From the human T2T-CHM13v2.0 reference genome, Homo sapiens: 64,000 bases of DNA. Shown piece by piece: positions 59,983-64,000 of this stretch. The DNA is taken from the NCBI GenBank assembly GCA_009914755.4, contig CP068257.2, positions 28,928,001 through 28,992,000 of the forward strand, written 5' to 3'. The notes under the pieces were generated by a model. It was not told the origin of the DNA, did no database searches, and saw nothing but the letters and a program-made list of their open reading frames with translations. How positions within the stretch are numbered: the first letter of the stretch is position 1; every line of letters starts with the position of its first letter. The position numbers and the translations under genes were made by a program.

Positions 59983-59988
59983 AATAAA
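59983..59988 (+). promoter_or_regulatory. KRTAP20-4: Candidate polyadenylation signal AATAAA of KRTAP20-4
   Basis: 'gtgctaccaataaatttatttt' lies about 250 nt after the stop. Confidence 0.45.
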
Positions 59989-60552
59989 TTTATTTTATAT
60001 TTTCAATCAGTATCTTTCATATGAAAAAAATTTAAGTTCTATTTTAATTGATTGTTTTCTCATATTCAGGATGGTTCTACTTTATTCTACATTAATTTGT
60101 ATAGAACTGTGAGGAACTGCTTTTGGGCGCTGCCTTTCATGCTATTCTGAGATGACACTGTTTCAAAAAAGATAAGCATAAAATCATCAGTCCATTATAA
60201 TAACATGGGTATAAAAGCTACTTTCAAATGTACCTACAGGCAGCATTATTACCTATACATAAGGAAGCAAAATGTCATTTGACACAATAATAGTCCCATT
60301 TCCTGTTAACATATGCTAGGGCTATCTTTCTAAAACCCCACAGCTAGGTTGTCTCATTCAGATCTGTGCCTTCAGGTGGATAGAAATTGTCTTTTCTGCT
60401 TTCCACACTTCTTGCTGCTCCTCTCAGTTCTATAGCAAAAGAGGACAACACGTATCTCAGGTCCACCTTTCACTTGCATTGGGATATATTAACCTTGTTC
60501 ATCCAATTTCTAATTTAAAGAAAACAAAACTGCTTTTTTGAATTATTCTAGC

Positions 60553-60852
<300 letters not shown>

Positions 60853-61921
60853 TAATTATTCTAGTTTTCTTCTCCAAGCCAACCTAATAAGGAATAGGAA
60901 TCTCCAATTCATAAAACGTCAGTGAGGAGCAATGTTTCTCAACATCCTATGTATGATTCACACAATATTCTTAAATATCAATACACGTGATGCAAGCACT
61001 CCAGAGAGTTCAAAGAAAAGTATTCATTATTTTTAAAACTTTTAATGGCATGATGTGGGAAATGTATTTTTTCCCATATTTTAAGAAGCCCTATTTTACT
61101 ACATCAACAACTGATTTAAAATATCCTCCTCCAGTGTTTTATCTGATACAGTGGATTTTTCTCAAAGTCTCTTGCCTAACTGACACATTCTCAAGTGATG
61201 AATAATAAAAAAACACATTATTCCACACCCTATCATTGATAAAGGATCACAGCCCTGCAGCTAGAATAGTTGCCGCCTAATAAATATTTTGAATAAATAA
61301 ATGAATGACAATGAATCATGTTGAAAATTTCATGTCTTTCTAGAATTTCTTATTTTTTATAGCAGAATGTGGAAGTAGGAATGAACTATCACAAAAGTCT
61401 TGATATACAAGTAAAGTTATTTTGCCCAGAGTATTGGCTGTCTGTTTGTATGCTCTGTGTGGAGTACTCGGGATAGAGCATAGCTTTTGCATAAGAGGAA
61501 ATATGGACATTCCCAGTGTCTCACTCGTCTATATTATGACTGTGAATAGACTGAGAAACAAATTATATGCATCGCTGTTTGATCATTCTGTTAAACAGAT
61601 CAAAACCATTTCTTCAAAATGGAATACAATAACTGCTTAATACATGATGTATATATGCATTACTTCAGCCATATTTAGCTATGCTATCCTTCAAGCAATT
61701 CCATGTGAATATCATTGTGTAGCTATGTTTCAGTCAACTAGACACATCACTGTGTCTTCTCTATTCGTTTTTTTCAAATCCACCTCTTTTGCTTCTTACA
61801 TCTGCTATCCAGCCTGTCAGTGAGAAGTACTTCAAATGCTGTTCATCTTAAAGCCTAATCTGATTGATAGCTTCTTCTTGGAGAGAATCTAAGCTCTTTC
61901 ACTAGAGAGAGGTGTTCTGTG

Positions 61922-62220
61922 GGCTGGGAGCAGTGGCTGATGCCTGTAATCCCAGCACTTTGGGAGGCCGAGTCAGGCAGATCACCTGAGGTCAGGAGTT
62001 GGAGACCAGCCTGGCCAACATGGTGCAACCCCATCTCTACTAAAAATACAAAAGTTAGCTGGGCGTGGTGGTCCACGCCTGTAATCCCAGGTACTCCGGG
62101 AGGCTAAGGCAGGAGAATCACTTGAATCTGGGAGGCGGAGGTTGCAGTGAGCCGAGATCATGTCACTACACTCCAACCTGGGCAAGAGAGTGAGACCGTG
62201 TCTGAAAAAAAAGGAAAAAA
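61922..62220 (+). mobile_element. Alu, sense
   Basis: ggctgggagcagtggctgatgcctgtaatcccagcactttgggaggccgagtcaggcagatcacctgaggtcaggagttggagaccagcc ... cactacactccaacctgggcaagagagtgagaccgtgtctgaaaaaaaagg. Confidence 0.9.
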
Positions 62221-62827
62221 GAGAGAGGGGTTCGCTCTCTGCATTAGGCACCTGCTTCATCCAGTTGCCTTCTGAACAGAATTCGAAACTCACATATGTA
62301 ATTATGTGTTCCTCGTGTCCATTTTCAGTTGCTTTATTCAAATACCTCACTCCATGGTGTGTACAACACTGTGCCAGGTTCTCAATACCAGAGGAGGACT
62401 CCCACTTCCTGGAGGATAACAAAGCTCATCCCAATGCCAGCATTAGGAATAAAAGTCCAAACACTTTTGCCCACTGCATCTTGGTAACAGAGTTGCCAAG
62501 GGAAACACAACAGCATCAAGCACAGGATGGAGCAATGCTTTTACTCACATCAGAAGAGACAAGGTGAGATCAGCTCCAACAGCGTGTGCCCATCCCTCAT
62601 AGCTAGCGGGTCCCCAGGTTGCCACACAAGGCAATGAGACTATGCACACCCTTCTGGAGCCACAGTAAAAGGACCCCTCCCCATCACCCATGGAGTCTGA
62701 GATACTGAAAGCTAGGAGCACGTCTTGCCTAAGAGCCATTGACTTACAATCTTAGGCACACACTGAGCTTCAAACAGGTAATGCATCCCTACACAAGATG
62801 ATAAACCTGGCACTGATTATATAGGCC

Positions 62828-63135
62828 TTTTTTTTTTTTTTTTTTTGGACGGAGTCTCTCTCTCTTTCCCAGGCTGGAACGCAGTGGTGCAATCTCGGCT
62901 CACTTCAGACTCCACCTCCCAGGTTCAAGGGATTCCCCTGCCTCAGCCTCCTGAGTAGCTGGGATTGCAGGCATCTGCCATCACGCCAAGCTAATTTTTT
63001 TTTTTTTTTGTATTTTTGTAGAGACAGGGTTTCACCATGTTGGCCAGGCTGATCTTGAACTTCTGACCTCAGGTGATCCACCTGCCTCGGCCTCCCAAAG
63101 TGCGGGATTACAGGCATGAGACACCATGCTCAGCC
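62828..63135 (-). mobile_element. Alu, antisense, with poly-T tail and internal poly-T
   Basis: tttttttttttttttttttggacggagtctctctctctttcccaggctggaacgcagtggtgcaatctcggctcacttcagactcc ... gtgcgggattacaggcatgagacaccatgctcagcc. Confidence 0.9.
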
Positions 63136-63289
63136 CTGTAGGCTTTTTGTCTTTTGGCAAGGAAGTGTTCCAGGAACAAGACCCATTTTTATAGCGTTAA
63201 GTGGGAATCAAAAGACTGCATGCAAGCGACCAGCTTTCCCAACACACCAGAGCACGAGGACAGCTGTAGACACTAGGAACTGTATTAGG

Positions 63290-64000
63290 CCATTCTTGCA
63301 TTGCTGAAAAGAAATATCTAAGACTGCGTTACTTGTAAGAATAGGGGTTTCATCGTCTCATGGTTCTGCAGGCTGCACAAGAAGCACTGTGGCATCTGTT
63401 TCTGGGGGGTGCCTCAGGAAGCTTCCAATCATGGCAAAAGGTGAAGAGGGAGCAGGCATATCATGTGTCAAAAGCAGGAGCAAATGCAGAGCAGGGAGGT
63501 GCCAGATACTTTCAAATGACCAGCTCTCATGACCACTCACTATCATACTATCACAAAGACAGCACCAGGCCATAAGGAATCTGCCTCCGTGATCCAAACA
63601 CCTCTCACCAAGGCCCACCTCCAGCAATGGGTATTACAATTCAATATGAGATTTGGGTGGGACCACATAGCCAAACTATATCATTCCATCCCTGGCCTCC
63701 CCCAAATCTCATATCCTTCTCACATTGCAAAATATAATTATGTCTTCCCAACAGACCCTCTTAAGTCTTAACTCATTCCAGTATTCGCTCAAAACTCCAA
63801 AGTCTCATCTGAGACAAGGCAAATCCCTTGCACCTATGAACCTGTAAAATTGTTTTTTAAAAAGTTATCTGCTTCCAAGATGCAATGGGGGTATAGGCAT
63901 TGAGTAAACATTCCCATTTCAAAAGGGAGAAATTGGTCAAAATAAATGGGCTACAGGCCTCATGCAAGTATGAAACCCAACAGGGTAGTCATTAAATCTT
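63290..64000. mobile_element. Ancient high-copy interspersed repeat, unclassified
   Basis: 'ctcatggttctgcaggctgcacaagaagcactgtggcatctg ... aatcatggcaaaaggtgaagagggagcaggca ... gagatttgggtgggaccacatagccaaactatatca ... tctcatctgagacaaggcaaatcccttgcacctatgaacctgtaaaat' matches a very common primate repeat family that I cannot name with confidence. Confidence 0.4.

Noticed and set aside
61982-62567. 146-aa (-) and 135-aa (+) ORFs. Also ORFs at 2203..2475, 13094..13425, 16002..16223, 36578..36924, 47082..47364, 50400..50669 and 60585..60767.
   Set aside because: All lie within Alu elements. The encoded strings (...[26 protein letters not shown]...) are the well-known Alu pseudo-peptides.

Overview
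This window is human (primate) genomic DNA, AT-rich and without CpG islands. I recognise it as part of the high-glycine-tyrosine keratin-associated protein (KRTAP) cluster on chromosome 21q22.1. It carries at least 14 Alu elements, several L1 fragments and two THE1/MaLR-type LTRs. The six-frame track hides the real genes because they are tiny single-exon ORFs of 44-103 aa. Reading the sequence directly gives seven intact intronless KRTAP genes: KRTAP22-2 (-), KRTAP6-3 (+), KRTAP6-2 (-), KRTAP22-1 (+), KRTAP6-1 (-), KRTAP20-1 (+) and KRTAP20-4 (+). This order and spacing match the known map. Most have a TATAAAAG box 80-85 bp before the ATG and an AATAAA signal 250-280 nt after the stop. There is also one decayed KRTAP20/22-like pseudogene whose start codon is ACG and which has a frameshift. 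Three pairs sit head-to-head: 22-2/6-3, 6-2/22-1 and 6-1/20-1. The first two have the opposite gene order, which suggests an inverted duplication of a bidirectional unit. The two structural features I rate most interesting are these. First, a 336-bp inverted repeat of roughly 94% identity whose arms lie on either side of KRTAP22-2, separated by 1.8 kb. Second, a 1.44-kb AT-rich minisatellite of about 48 copies of a 30-bp unit. No prokaryotic-style system, CRISPR array or RNA gene is visible. I cannot support a novel system here. All repeat names and boundaries were read by eye and are approximate.
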